A stretch of 60,205 nt of DNA, filler included, from Sphacelaria rigidula (GCA_964200075.2; 10 parts of 10 records of this genome joined end to end with filler, not necessarily neighbours in it); one strand, 5' to 3'; shown: positions 11,473 to 24,496, numbered from the whole stretch's first letter. A program made the numbers and translations. Notes: generated by a model from the sequence alone, not told the origin.

Positions 11473-12062
11473 TTCCGGCCTCTCACTGACCGGGGCAGGG
11501 GTGATGGGGCAGGGGTGATGGGAGCAGGCTCCCTCGTTGGGGCTTTAATAGGTGTAATACCTACCGACGGCTGAAGGTTCATCCGAACATCTGTGGGCAC
11601 AGTATGTATGCAAGCAGCGCCTGGGAACTGCAAGCGTACGGACGGGCGGCGAATTCTGGGGGAGCGACGGGGTGATTCGTCTTCAATCGACGCGCAGTCA
11701 GCGAACGGCAGCGATCGTGGGGTGCTTTCGTATCTCGCCTCATCTACAATCTTGCCTTCTCCCGTGAAATCAAAAGGTGACAATTCCGACAACCATTTTC
11801 CATCTAATTGTGGACCGCGGGACCTTGCGGTTTCCGAGGACGTGCTGGCGGTGAAATCGTCGGGGAATGAGTCGTCTATGTCATCCCCTGGTCCCTGTTG
11901 ATGAGGCAGGCGGCACAAAGCGCCAGGTAACACGTGTTGAGTTCCCTCCCGCCATCGAAGTTNNNNNNNNNNNNNNNNNNNNNNNNNNNNNNNNNNNNNN
12001 NNNNNNTTAATTAATTAANNNNNNNNNNNNNNNNNNNNNNNNNNNNNNNNNNNNNNNNNNNN

Positions 12063-12390
12063 CAGCTGCTTTCCCTGCTGCTTCGCCGTCTTCCTCAGTA
12101 AATCCTCGTGGACGTGAGCGTGGGAACAGTGGAACTCGTTGATGTCAGCGATCTGGGGGCTAGGCGGAGCCCCCGGGGCAATAACAGCACATGCCGAAGC
12201 ACACTTGTCACTACCACTTTGATCGAGGCGGCGGGCATACATTTTGAGTTGACGTGGTTGTCCGGGTATTATCAGTGCATTTCCTGAATTGAGATCTACC
12301 CTGAAACCATCACGAAAACCAGTGTAGGTGTGTCCCAACATCCAGAAGCAATTGCTTTGGAATTTTGATGGCTTTCTCTGGATGTGTTTG
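12063..12390 (-). mobile_element. Ty1/Copia polyprotein fragment (GAG-pre-integrase region)
   Basis: DINEFHCSHAHVHEDLLRKTAKQQG fits the Copia H..LGH...L pre-integrase motif. Confidence 0.7.
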
Positions 12391-12391
12391 T

Positions 12392-12880
12392 TGTTGTCAC
12401 TGCTAAACCCCTCGCCGCCAGCCAAGAGAGCTCGCCGCACGGGAGTATTCCCTTACATCGTCTTGTTGCACGGGTCCTTGGGTACACCGTGTACTGCTAA
12501 TGATACCGCCCTTGTTGTAGGCCGTATTGATGCCCGACGACTGTTTCAGGTTGGAGTGAGTTACTGTATCTCGACAAATCATGTGGATGTGTTCGTTTGT
12601 TCGTTCTACCCCTATCCCGTGGCGCAGCCTGGTCAGCTGGCGACAGGGGTGTGTCCTCTTGTGTCGTTCCGTTGCTCGTGGTCCAGTGTTCCCCCGGGAG
12701 TGACCAATCATACCGCCCTTGTTGTAGGCCGTATCTCCACCGGACGATTGCTTCCAGCTGGGTATTGCGTCCTGACGAATTGTTTTATTTTTATTTGACA
12801 TCAAGTTTTGCTCATAACACGCGATAGTTGATCCGCCGGGCTGAACGAGAAGTTCTCACCAATGACCCTTGGCTTTTAAC
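12392..12880 (+). mobile_element. Probable LTR-like insertion with internal direct repeats
   Basis: ataccgcccttgttgtaggccgtat occurs near 12503 and 12710; it interrupts the Copia frame. Confidence 0.35.
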
Positions 12881-12960
12881 CCTGAGTGTCGTCTTGGATG
12901 GGCTCGTGCCCACTCCCGCAGGATTTTGAATTTCGCACTTCGGGCACATCATACGAGATA

Positions 12961-13207
12961 TGCTGCGGTAGGGTCAGCACTTTTGGGGGCCAAAACCGAC
13001 CTAATTCAGGGGTTCCTCAAATTAGGAACTATCCACAAATATGGGTGAGGATATCGCCGTTTGCAAATTCATTAGGGAAATCCCTAGCGAATTGGAAGAA
13101 AAACCCTGGCGTACTCTCACCTATTTCGTAAGTCGTGTTCTGGATGAGATAGAGGGTTCCTAACAATTCTTATCTCAGGCCGTAAAAGGGCTGGCCCTAT
13201 TGCAGCA
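12961..13207. mobile_element. MITE family B (TIR about TGCTACGGTAGGGGTGCAC), diverged copy
   Basis: TGCTGCGGTAGGGTCAGC ... GCTGGCCCTATTGCAGCA; interior similar to 31922-32161 and 36363-36581. Confidence 0.55.
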
Positions 13208-16200
13208 TCACTCATACCTGAACTTCGACTGCATCCCCGCTTTTATCTCCCTGTTGCTGCGTACTTCCCCCCCCCCCATCGCATTGTACTTCACGCTGCA
13301 CGCCTTTTTCAAGGCAGGTTTAATACTTCAAACGTACTGCCACGGAAACGAGCGGGGTGCCACTCTCGCTATACGCGACGGATGTGTCGGGACGGAGTCG
13401 AACAAAGACGTGGAGCTCACTTGGATCTACGTCCAACCAGAGCAGTTACCGCGATGCTATACCGCAACTGCGTTTTCCCTCCCCTGTTTCCGGATTGTCT
13501 GGCATTCCATCCTTGTTCCGTTGGTAGATGAGGTCTACGCGTGCGTACCATTTAGTGCTTTACTTTGTAGATGGACTTGCGTGTGTGTCGTCTTGTTCGA
13601 CATAGGTGCGTGAGTGTCAGGTAGATACAACGTTTTTGTGGATTGAACGTTTGATGCTGTGTCGGATCGCAGCGACGCTCACCTTTTAGAGGTGTGGAAG
13701 AGTGATTATTTGTTTCTTCACTTCATGCTTTTGTGCGAGTGTAGTATAGAAGAGCCCTTTCTCGTTGAATTTTGAAGTTCCTCGACGCAATTACATTGTG
13801 CCGAGGTGATCATGATTCAACTGCATAAGGACTCGTCTGGGATGGGATAATGTGGTGAAGCTCGGAGGCGTTGCAAGATATACGCTGTGCGGGTCTGCTC
13901 GTAGACCCTGGATTCCGTGACGCCTTGTCATCACGTTTGCTGTTGTCATTAGTTGTGATTGTTCTGGCCTCGCCACAGGGCATTGACCCATCTCAATCAG
14001 TTACCGGCTTGCCTTGGTCTCTACCCTGGGCCATCACTACGCTCTGCTCCTATGGCTGCGCCCCGGCTATACTGAGGGAGAGAGGCTTGCAGATATAACA
14101 TGGCGCTGTGAAACACGTGAGTTCCTAATCAAGAGTCTGCACATGGATGAACCTTCTATGTGTGATTGTTCTTGGTGGATAGCTATGGCTCCTACGTTGT
14201 GCCCACGTGGGAGCTTGGGTTAGCTGGACCCAATGGTATCTCCTGGTACTCGAACTGAGAGGCCTCAGCCAGTGCATTAGCTATCCCCTCATTATGACAT
14301 CAAAGCGTTCAAGCATAGGAATTTCGATTTTAAGCAGGGAAAGATGTGCCGCGATACCCCTGAATACTACCATACATGTTTCATTCCGAGCGATGATCCC
14401 CAAATACCCCCACATTTGACGAAATCGCTTGCGAATCCCGAGCCTTTTGGACGAAACAAATGCGGTTTCGATGGTCAGCTGAACCTCACCCGAATGTTGG
14501 AACTCAATAACGGTTCCAGGCTGTTGTTATACGTCCAGTACAGTGTGTCAATATTTTTGTTCCGAAAAACCTGTTCTGAAATGTTCCGTCGCCAATACCC
14601 CACGAAAGAAATGGAGAGGAAAAAACAAGAGGAAGGAAGGGATAGTCGCACATACGTCCGGTACATCGTGTCAAAATTGCATCGAAACCAACCAAGATGG
14701 AGCCCGGGAATCGCGTCAATATCTCGAAATTGACTTGTCCTCTTCCACTCTCGGCTCAAAGGTCATCACAAACTACTCGTCGGTTCGCACACTACTACGA
14801 GACGCTTTGGCACGCTGGGGGCCTCGTCTGCGTGCATTCGTCGAGACGGCGCACGTAGTACGACACGTGATGCTGTACAATCGCAGCTTGTGCGGCACCA
14901 CGCGGCACAGCCGCCCGTAACCTAAAATTCAACTTCGACCGTTTTTTTTGCTAATTCCGCCGCATATCGTACCACCCTCGACTCTCTACATCTCGACACA
15001 TTGGCTACAGTTTTGTATTTCGTTTGATGAAACCTCGTCGGCTCGCAGGGCCCCGTGAATTTGAAGACGCGTGTTGATTTGCCGATCACCACGATTCGTC
15101 ATAGTAGTCACAACTCGTGGTACGTCGTCTGTTAGAACGGGCTGAAGGAAAGTGCGCTTCGTAGGCGGCCCATCCTGTATTGAATATAATGAGGCAAAAC
15201 GAGCTTGAAAATTTCAGCTGCAAAGTCCCCAGCATTTGTCGCGCCCTGTAAACCCTGACAATCTCAGCAGCAGAACCATCAGAATAGCACCGTGAATGAA
15301 AACTACGCAGTCTAGAGTACTGGCAGGCCGACAGGTTGTTGACCTCGGGGGCAGCCATCCCTTCGCCGGCTAAGACGGCGGTTGTAGCAGACCCGCGGCA
15401 ATTTTGCCTCTGGCAAGCGCTCAAGGTGTCACACTGGCAAAGCATTCACTGACCCTAAAGCACTGAACGATTGGCCGCTGATCAGTGATGTCGTACCTCA
15501 GCTTTCGATACGCCCAAGAGGGGAAGACGAGAAAGTCCAAGGTATGATGTAAACAGCTCCACACTACCCAGCACGCGACGTCATGTATCCTAACCCGCGA
15601 GCCACACGTGTGGCTTTCTCCTTCAACGCGATCGCCGAACGTCCCCACCAGACGTGACTCGTTGCCGTAGACGGTTGAGGAGTGCCATGGAGCTTTCATC
15701 GAAACATTAAAATACTCACGACACCGGATACGGTATGATATTTCGCATATCTCGGTTCGATATCCGACACCACTTCACACGTCCCAGTTTGCAATCGCTC
15801 ACGACACCGTGTACAAAATACCACCCATCCTCATGGTCATTTTTCCCGCGCAGATTAGCCCGATTTTCCGGGCTCGTCGTCACAGAAGTACGCTCGTCTC
15901 TTCCAATACCGACCCTACTTTTCCTTGCAAAATGTATGGTTGTCGTCGTTTCTCCCGAGACTCCAGAAAACAAAAACAAGAACGGACAATGAGACACGAG
16001 AAAAGACAGGAACAGAAAAATAGTAGGTTCCCCCCACCGTACCGGGGTAAGGAAAAAACGAACCCCTCAGATCCGCCACTAGCGTTTACAGTAGAGAGAG
16101 GGAGGAAAAGAAGAGACAACAGACAAGAGACAAGATACAAGAAGGATCAGAATGACCACTAAGCGATGTTCAAGTTAACAACATCATGCACCCTCAGAGA

Positions 16201-17128
16201 GAGGCAAATGCCGAAGCTACTCTGAAACCGAAACTACTCCAACAAATACGAGGGCCAACCTTCATTTCATCACCACCCTGAAGAGGTTCCTCAGCAAAAA
16301 CATTACCATCTCTCCCGGGACATACTGCCACGATCCGCTTCGAACGGGAACTGAACCAGAATCACCTAATAATGAAGCACAGCACGCCAAAATCACCGGA
16401 GGGAATTTATCCAACAATGTGTACACAATTTTCTTCACTCTTGATTACGTTATCAGAGCGAGTAACTGGCGACGACAACAAAGATGTTCGTGTTATCCCG
16501 TCACAGGTCAATCAATATACAAATATGTGGAATCACACGGTAATGTACACCCTCCCGAACCATGCACCCTACGTCCGGAAACTTGCTGCTCTAGAGGCAG
16601 CGCGACGGGAGCAGGTATGGTTTGCGACAAATCCGTGATCTTTGCCAACGTTCAACTTTCTCATCAAGCTCACGACCAGCGTGCTAATCAAGCTCACTTC
16701 ACCGGCGATTGACGCGGAAGGCGCGTTCCAAAGTATGTCGTAATACATTAGCAGCCCGAGTCGGATTTGCTCGGTGACAACAGATACCACTACATCTCGG
16801 ACGGGAGATCTCAATGCTCGAGGCCCTGACGAAACACCTCAGGGTGTACAGCATGAAGTATGGCTTCTCATTGATGGTATGGGGGCGTCGCATGCCTGCC
16901 GTGAGCTGGCTTGTGATGGCAGTTGAGCCCCTCGGAGATCATTGAGTGACACCCCTCGATTAAGGGTGTAATGAGTGGGAGGACTGTATGCTGAGGGGAT
17001 CGCATCATGGTTCCAAACGCCCTAAGATCGACGTTTCTCGGAACCAATCGAGCCAGTCCCTGCAGGGACCACGCCCCTGACCCTAACCTCAACCCTGACC
17101 CTGACCCTGACCCCGAACATAAGGCTGT

Positions 17129-17802
17129 TCAAGTCATTGGCGCTGGGGTCGGTGCCGGCGTTGGCGCCGGGGTCGGTGCCGGCGTTGGCGCAGGGGTCGG
17201 TGCCGGCGTTGGCGCAGGGGTTGGTGCCGGTGTTGGCGCAGGGGTCGGTGCCGGTGTTGGCGCCGGGGTCGGAGCCGGTGTTGGCGCAGGGGTTGGTGCC
17301 GGCGTTGGCGCCGGGGTCGGAGCCGGTGTTGGCGCAGGGGTTGGTGCCGGTGTTGGCGCCGGGGTCGGAGCCGGTGTTGGTGCAGGGGTCGGAGCCGGTG
17401 TTGGTGCGGGGGTTGTTGGTGCTGGCGTCGGTGCCGTAGTTGGTGCGGGAGTTGTTGGTGCTGGCGTCGGAGTCGGAGTTGGCGCCGGTGTGACGGGAGC
17501 GGTGGTCGGCACAGGGGTCGGCACGGGAGTGACGGGAGCCGTGGTCGGCGACGGGGTCGGCACAGGTGTGACAGGGGCCGCAGTCGGCGACGGGGTCGGC
17601 ACAGGTGTGACGGGAGCCGTAGTCGGCGCCGGGGTCGGCACAGGCATGACGACGGTAATCAAGGTCGGCGCAATTGTCACAGGGGCGGTAGTCGGTGCCG
17701 GGGTCGGCGCAGGTGTGACGGGAGCCGCGGTCAGCGCGGTTGGTGCAGGTGTGACGGGAACCACAGGCGCAGTCGGGGTGGCCGTGGGTGCTGGAGTTTT
17801 GA
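17129..17802 (-). CDS. Terminal exon of a Pro/Thr/Ala-rich (PTPA)n mucin-like or cell-wall glycoprotein
   Basis: Open frame of TPAP and [11 protein letters not shown] repeats with varied third codon positions, ends PAPMT*; acceptor gttgttgctgcaaaAG. Confidence 0.75.
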
Positions 17803-17920
17803 CTTTTGCAGCAACAACGGAGGCAGAATTCCCAACCACGGAACGACATGAACAGGGCGCACGGTCGATGCAGTAGCAAAATGTGAGTTCAAGGCACTGC
17901 AATTCACGCGTGCGCGCGCG

Positions 17921-17993
17921 GGGGGTGTACTCATGATCATGCATGCCATAGTCAAAAGACCATTGACCTCGCATCCCTACAAAGCCGGGACGG
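17921..17993 (-). repeat. Dispersed repeat family A
   Basis: Reverse complement of the 27375-27408 plus 28631-28667 and 915-990 sequences. Confidence 0.75.
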
Positions 17994-18093
17994 NNNNNNN
18001 NNNNNNNNNNNNNNNNNNNNNNNNNNNNNNNNNNNNNTTAATTAATTAANNNNNNNNNNNNNNNNNNNNNNNNNNNNNNNNNNNNNNNNNNNN

Positions 18094-18138
18094 CGAGCAT
18101 CCAAGTATTTTCTTAGCTGCTGCCATCTGTACTGTTCC
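18094..18138 (-). mobile_element. Short LINE fragment
   Basis: Near reverse complement of 43050-43094 in the LINE pseudogene. Confidence 0.6.
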
Positions 18139-18392
18139 TACCCTCTCCACCAACTTCGCGTTCGGGGGACGGGGGGGGGGGGCACATTTTTGCTCTGGAT
18201 GGTATTAGTCCTTCCCTGTTTCAAAATTTGTGGTGCTACGTTGTGAGGGGTGTTGTGACTCTTAGGTACCTGCACTACCGCTGTAATAGTTTGAAGCAGC
18301 TTGAACGAACTAAGTACGGATTTGTTTCGGAACATCCGTGTCTCCTCTCTTGTTATTCTGCGTGTTCCCGGCTTTCTTGTATATTGGAGCAG

Positions 18393-18500
18393 AGACCGAC
18401 TGGGATCAAGGTTACGGTGACCAACGTTCTGATCGCGATCAACGTGCTCGTGTACGCTGTGCAGATGCGATATCCCGCCATTACGCAAGCAGGTTGGAAG
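18393..18500 (+). CDS. Rhomboid protease (plant RBL10-like) exon
   Basis: VTNVLIAINVLVYAVQ first TM helix; AG acceptor, AAG|GTATG donor; phase 0. Confidence 0.8.
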
Positions 18501-19501
18501 GTATGATGAACGACACATGACAGTGGCATTAGTTTTTTTTGCGTGACTACAGGCGGTTCCAGACTCTGGACTTTTTTCAAACCGAAACTTTGTCGCGTTT
18601 TCCCTTTGTCGCGTTTTCCCTTTGTCGCGTTTTCGCTTTCACCAGTAGCAGTAGTGGGCTGCGATAATGTGTCTCGCTTCGCTTGCACCGACTTGCTACC
18701 CCCCCCCCCCCCCCCACCAAACAGGGTTTTACCTCCTTTCTCTTTGGTTTGTTTTTTTTTCTTTCGTCTTTTTTTNNNNNNNNNNAGTTGGGAGTGTGGG
18801 GCGCCGTTATTGTTTCTGCTTCCTGTCGCCCCCCTCGGCCCCCCCCCCCCCCCCCACAACCAGTACGGTGTATACCGGCTGCATGCATGCGTAGGTCTCG
18901 TTTCACTCGCACTTAATATCTGTTTCTGAAGGGCCGAGTGCTATCTTTCCCACGTTTGTGTAAGGTGCAGGTGCTGCAGGAAGAGTTACAAATATATTGT
19001 TTCGATGTGTAACTGCGTCTCTGTGTCGGTAGCAGCTCAGCACAAATTATCGTTCATTTCTGTACACCTAGAGTTATACTGCACACTTTTGTTTTACGCA
19101 GCCATTTTCTCTCGTTTGTTGTATTTATTGCTTACGCTTCGGTCCAGGATGGTAGCTATGCAATGGTGCACATAGAACGTAAAATGGTATATAACTGCCT
19201 CCGTGATGTCAAAGATATTCCTTCTCCGTTGTCATCGCTGAAATGCTAAGATATTGCGAAACTTATATTATGCACTAGTGTGTGTGTCGTTCTTCCGGTG
19301 GGGATTGTGTGCGTCGGTTGAGGTGTTGCTTCCTCTCTCTCTCCTCTCCCTCACGTATAAACACCCACGCGCACATTTCCATTTTCATCGTATGACCCAC
19401 ACATCCTGTGGCGATCACTTTGGAATCGGAATGAACATGCTCTACGCCCTTGTCTTTTGCTGGCGTCGTTTTGTTTTTATCTCTTCTGTATCGCCATCCA
19501 G

Positions 19502-19621
19502 ATGACCTCGGCCATCGTTGGGAAGAATCAATGGTACCGCTTGCTGACTCCGGTTGTTCTGCACGGCTCTCCCGCTCACTTGGTGGTCAACTGCATCTCC
19601 CTCAACAGTGTGGGACAGGTG
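19502..19621 (+). CDS. Rhomboid protease (RBL10-like) exon
   Basis: QWYRLLTPVVLHGSPAHLVVNCISLNSVG carries the rhomboid WR and HxxxxHxxxN motifs; ccAG / GTG|GTACG. Confidence 0.9.
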
Positions 19622-20595
19622 GTACGTGCCGCATTTGTTTCGTTGTGTTTTTTCGGCGTGCCTCTGAAGACCGAGCTAAATGTGAAGCGTGTCAGTGAAG
19701 AGAGTCTGATTTCCCATCATATTTGGGGATAGAACGCCCCCCGCTAGCCTAAAGAGTTCGATGCGTTGTGGTTCCCATCTGTCTCCGCCCGATCGCATTT
19801 GGGATTGGGACGTCCCCCTCTCGCCCATAGGTCGGCCGGCTTACCTTCACATAAGGATCGCCCGAGGAACGACTGCGTGAAGACATGAGGGCATCTTGTT
19901 TTGCCCATCACCAAATCAGTTGCGCGCCTGATGATGAATATGCGAATTCTCCCCCTCCCCTCCCCCCGATATTGTTCGTATCAACCTGCAGAACGGTGAT
20001 ATAGTCCTGAGCACCGGTGAAGTTTTCACGTCTCCTGTGATTTCACTAAAAATATCCGGTACAGCCTGCACGGCACCGGATCTACACCATGCTCAAGCTT
20101 AACATTTTGTACAAATAAAGTACGCAAGGCCGAGATTCTAACTTAAATCCATCGGGCGCGAGACCCTGCCAAATGAACCCCCGAGGAGATCGGAACGTCA
20201 GAATGGTTTTATATCGCAACGCCCTCCCCATGCGTCGGAGAGAAGCGTGACTTTTCCATGAGCAGAGTGCGGATAGGCATCCCCGTCTTGCTTCATTCTC
20301 ACCGACGCGTTGTTCAATGCTACCTGTCATCGCTGCAGTGGTGGAGACATAGCATGGCCCACCGTGTGCATTTACCTTCGAGAACAGATAAATGCGGGTT
20401 GCAAACAAAAATGGCTGTGATTCTCTCAGTGTCATGCTGCCACGCCTCGGACCGTGAGGCGGATTTTTTGCTTTGGTCGAATCCACTTGTGCGGAATGTA
20501 CAACGGGGTATTTGTCAGTCACCAGTCAATCCGCACTAGCATGCCCTAAGCTGCACTCCAGTACAGACAATAATTGCGCCGCGTACCGCACCGCT

Positions 20596-21140
20596 GGTCG
20601 CCCCGGTGGCTCAGTTGGTAAGTTCGAAACCTTTTGACGGTTGGGTCGTGGGTTCAAAACTCGGAGCACTCTGGGATTTCTTCCCACACAATAATGCCCA
20701 ACAGTTGAGAGCGACTATGTCGTGGGTACAAGAAATTCGACTTGAAGGGTCGACGAGGGAAAGGAAGTGCTCAACACACCCCGGTGGCTCAGTTGGTAAC
20801 CTCGAAACCTATTGACGGTTGGGTCGTTGGTTCAAAACTCGGAGCGATCTGGGATTGTTTCTCACACAATGCCACACAGTGCCCAACAGTTGAGAGCGAC
20901 TATGTCGTGGGTACACAATATTCGACTTCATGGTCGACGAGGAAAATGGACTGCTGAACCCCTCTAGCGGTAAAAAAAAAGAGCAAGCACCGCAGAAGGA
21001 AGGTGGAGGATAAAGAACAAGCGAAAAAAGAAAAAAATGTGTGATGCCCTTCCTCCTGTGTGACCCTGGCTGATGCGCCCACATGTACTGAAAGGTGCAG
21101 GCTGGCGTCCAGAATAGAGGGGACGACAACACACACACAC
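20596..21140 (+). mobile_element. Tandem pair of tRNA-headed SINEs (short unit 20596-20775, long unit 20778-21140)
   Basis: A box TGGCTCAGTTGG and B box GGTTCAAAAC twice; body shared with 48258-48579 and 51866-52552. Confidence 0.8.
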
Positions 21141-22036
21141 ACCACCGCGCACCACACACTTCGCTACACTGTCTGTAGTGTCGTGTCGTCCCGGGTCTTG
21201 GCCACATTCGTTAAACCACGACACCTCCACATAGGCAAGTGTGGCGTGGGACGTAAGTTTGATACGATTGTTCAAGTTGGACTTGGCGTGACTGGTCCAC
21301 TTGCAGCGACTCTAAGAGCGAGTGAAAGGTCCGTCTGTGATTAGTTTGGAATCGGTATGGCTCCCATGTCACCCGAACACCCCCAATAGTACTACTCCCC
21401 TCTCACGTTGGGAAATGGTCCCGTGTGACTAACATCCAAAGGTATCGTTGCGGAAGGTGTCCTCGCGCTCCAAGGAGTGTAATTGAAGTGCAAGTACCGT
21501 GTGTTTGGCGGTGTTTGAGGGGGAGGGGGACGTGCCTTATTTCAGAGTGTCCGACTTGCTGTTTTTGCTTCTGAAATCTCCTCGTGCATTCCTCTCTGAA
21601 GATGAAAATCAATTTTGCGTGCGTTGATGGCCTACTCTCTGTTTCTGCGCAACACCCCTGTGGGTGCTCGTCGTCGCTGTGTCGTCGTGGTAATCTCCCC
21701 TCTTGGCGTTCGTTGAGAGCGTGTTGTGTTTTATATGTCTGTTTTTTTTTTTTGTTTGGCGTTTATAACCTTTTCGTATACCGACACTCAAGAATTTCGA
21801 GTAGTAATACTTTGCGTACTGTTACACGATGCTTGGAAGCATGTCAACGCCGTCGGAATGTCTAACGTCGCTACACCAGGCTCGCGTGATAATTGCCGTC
21901 CTTTAGACGCTATTTCGTCGACAAAATCGAAGTTTGGAAGCGCAGGCATCCAAACCATCCATTTCTCCGGGTGTTTTCCTACTGCATCAAAGCGGAAGCC
22001 AATCAACATGAGTCGTTGCTCATGGCCCGCCTTTGT

Positions 22037-23230
22037 TGGGCCAGCCTAAAACGGATTTGAGCTCTCAAAGCGATATCTCAACAACACAGACAAGTTGGGC
22101 CGTGATCCGCATGTCGTATTAATCGTCTAACCAAGGGGAAGGTGTCCATCTGCTGAAAAATCTGGGCCAATTTTTCTCGTCGAGTAAACCCCATGTCTAC
22201 TTATTCCTATACCGTACCGAGATAGTGTCCAAACTAAAATCTATATGAAACCCCGAACGATCGATCAAGCGGATGATGACGATTTTTGGTGTGGACCTTT
22301 CCTGGAGCACGGGGAGACAATATATACCCTCATTTTCACCTCATTTGTAATCTATCTCGAGATATGGCGCACATAAAGTTCTATTCTAAAACCAATATAT
22401 TTCGAGCAGAGGCACTAGATGCCCTAAATCTGGATATCGCGTCTCAGTTTCCGAGAGTTGTGCTATAAAATTTGGTTTGGAGAGCCGCTAGTGCACAACG
22501 AAATAAAACCCCCAGCTTTTTCGTTTTTTTCTCGTTTTGTTTTCGTGTTTTCAGGGGAGTTTTGAGTAGAAATCAAATTGATCGTGGGCCTTATCTCAAT
22601 TTTTAAGCTCAAGTTTGAAAATTGTGATTTGAAACTTGGCATGGAGAACGACAGAGGTATGATAAATAAATAAAAAATGGGCCTTCAATTTTTTACTTTT
22701 CGGGAGAGGTTCGGGCGTTCTCGTGAAAAATGGTCGTTTCCGTACTAAAACGCCCTAAGCCAGCGAAAAAAATAGATCAAAACCAACCTGATTCATTTTT
22801 CTAGGTTCATCATGACCTAGCAAGGTCCCGCACAAAGTTTCAAAACACAAACACCAAGCGTGAGCCGGTAAACGGCGTGCAAAATACTGTTCCGAACTTC
22901 TACCAGCCCGGTTTTGTAAAGGCGATTTCGCAATTTTTTACGTAGAGTTGGACAGTGATATTTGGTATGGACAATCAACCGGGCATGGAGAAAAATTGTG
23001 TCCCGGGTCACAAAGATTTTTTCTCCCGTGAGTCAAGGGCAGGAATCAGTTTTATAGTTGTAGTAAACTGCCCTTACATCACCAGAAGAAAAACTTTGGG
23101 ACCCGGCACATTGTTATTTTTGTTCATGCCCTGTTCATTGTCCACACCAATTTTCACTCCCCCAACCCTACGTAAAGAATTTCGAATTCGCCTGCAAACT
23201 ACAAATCTGCTTTTGGGCTGGCCCAGCTCG
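22037..23230. mobile_element. Non-autonomous TIR DNA transposon family C in the rhomboid intron (left end slightly eroded)
   Basis: TGGGCCAGCCTAAAACGGATTT ... AAATCTGCTTTTGGGCTGGCCCAGCTCG-TA; colinear with 27409-28628. Confidence 0.8.
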
Positions 23231-23356
23231 TAGTTGTTTTGCTCCTCGTCTGCGTGGTGGTGGTGCTGGTGGAGCTGCTGCTGCTGCCTCTGCTGGGTGA
23301 TGTAATCGCCGCTGCTCCTTAGCTGCTGATTTTCGTGCACCCCACTGTTTTCACAG

Positions 23357-23455
23357 GTGGAGTCAATGGTGGGAAAGCCCAAGTTTTTGACGATTTACGC
23401 AGCAGCAGGCATCTCCGGGAACGTGCTGAGCTGTATCGTCAATCCGCGCATGCCG
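23357..23455 (+). CDS. Rhomboid protease (RBL10-like) exon; the catalytic GxSG exon is not on this scaffold
   Basis: VESMVGKPKFLTIYAAAGISGNVLSCIVNPRMP; ttttcacAG / CCG|GTAGG; in phase with the previous exon. Confidence 0.88.
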
Positions 23456-23960
23456 GTAGGTTTCGAGTTGATCCATCTATATATCCTGGAATTGCGCCGC
23501 ACATACAGAAATCCTGGAGGTGCATTCCGACGTGGGACTCCCCGCCCGTCTGACGTGTCGACGCGGAATGTGACCACGGCTGGGTTCATAGCGAATCAGT
23601 TAATGTGTGACAATCAATCTATACATCCATCTATAGGCGAACGTGCCCTTGGGTTATCTCATGTAGCAGTAGTCGTGTGACTGGTATTGAGGATTAGGAT
23701 CCCGAAAGCGTGGTGGGTCCGTCTAGATGCGACATCGAATTTGCCCGGCGGGTCTTCCTACAAGTGCTGATGCCGTCACTTTTGAGTGCATATTCGCTGA
23801 CGTTTTTCTCCTGCGGTGGAAAGATCTCGAATTGAGTCATCAAGTTAGGGCTCAACTCAGCAATTGTCGGCTCTGCGGCTGTCACTGCCGCCACTTCCTT
23901 CATTTCGTATTTTCCCGTATTCGTCTTCCAACGTCCTCTTCTAGTGACCATGTATTGCTA

Positions 23961-24024
23961 CAGGCTGGGCCAGCCTACAAGCGGATTTGTACTTTGCAGG
24001 CGAACTCGCAATTTTTTTCTTGGA
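23961..24024. mobile_element. End of another family C TIR element, cut by the scaffold end
   Basis: TA-CAGGCTGGGCCAGCCTACAAGCGGATTTG is the reverse complement of the family's right end. Confidence 0.7.
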
Positions 24025-24309
24025 NNNNNNNNNNNNNNNNNNNNNNNNNNNNNNNNNNNNNNNNNNNNTTAATTAATTAANNNNNNNNNNNNNNNNNNNN
24101 NNNNNNNNNNNNNNNNNNNNNNNNGGCTCGTATGTAGAACTTTCGACCACGAGCACCGTCCACCTGAGTCAATGTACACGTAAATCGCTCTGCACCGCAT
24201 GATTTGTCGTGTGTACACGAAATGCTTTTGAAGTGAAAATCTCCATACGCGCGTCGATGGAGTCGAACATGCGTCCACTGCCTGTCGCCGGCTAATCTTT
24301 GTCCTCCAG

Positions 24310-24496
24310 GGCGATGACGATGTGGATCACCGACAACCCCGAGTATATAGAGCAGCACGCCGTAGGCTTTAGCGGCGTCCTCTTCACGCTGGCTGTGATA
24401 GAATGCCACGGGTCCAACGTGCCCTATCGGTCGATTTTCGGCTTCATTCGGGTACCCACCAAGATGTACCCGTGGGCTCTCCTTGTGGTGCTGTCG
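24310..24496 (+). CDS. Second rhomboid protease (RBL15/RHBDD1-like), catalytic Ser exon
   Basis: AVGFSGVLF catalytic motif, RSIFGFIRVPTKMYPWALLVVL; ctccAG / TCG|GTGAG. Confidence 0.9.

Larger units (their letters stand above)
8279..11962 (-). mobile_element. Decayed Ty3/Gypsy LTR retrotransposon, copy 1: RNase H end, linker, integrase, chromo-like and Tudor-like tail, 3' UTR, PPT, LTR
   Basis: LPGALCRLP RNase H tail; HSLHGH...SCSC zinc motif; DDE core (EMDLL, IRSDGG, GAVERL); YTGPWRV GPY/F motif; internal stops and a 14-bp duplication frameshift near 11492-11519. Confidence 0.92.

Noticed and set aside
17007..17876. (GAGV)n silk- or elastin-like ORF on the plus strand
   Set aside because: Antisense shadow of the PTPA exon, which has an acceptor and a stop right at the end of the repeat.
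23455..24310. Single complete rhomboid gene spanning the gap
   Set aside because: Different subfamilies, incompatible phases and an artificial spacer.
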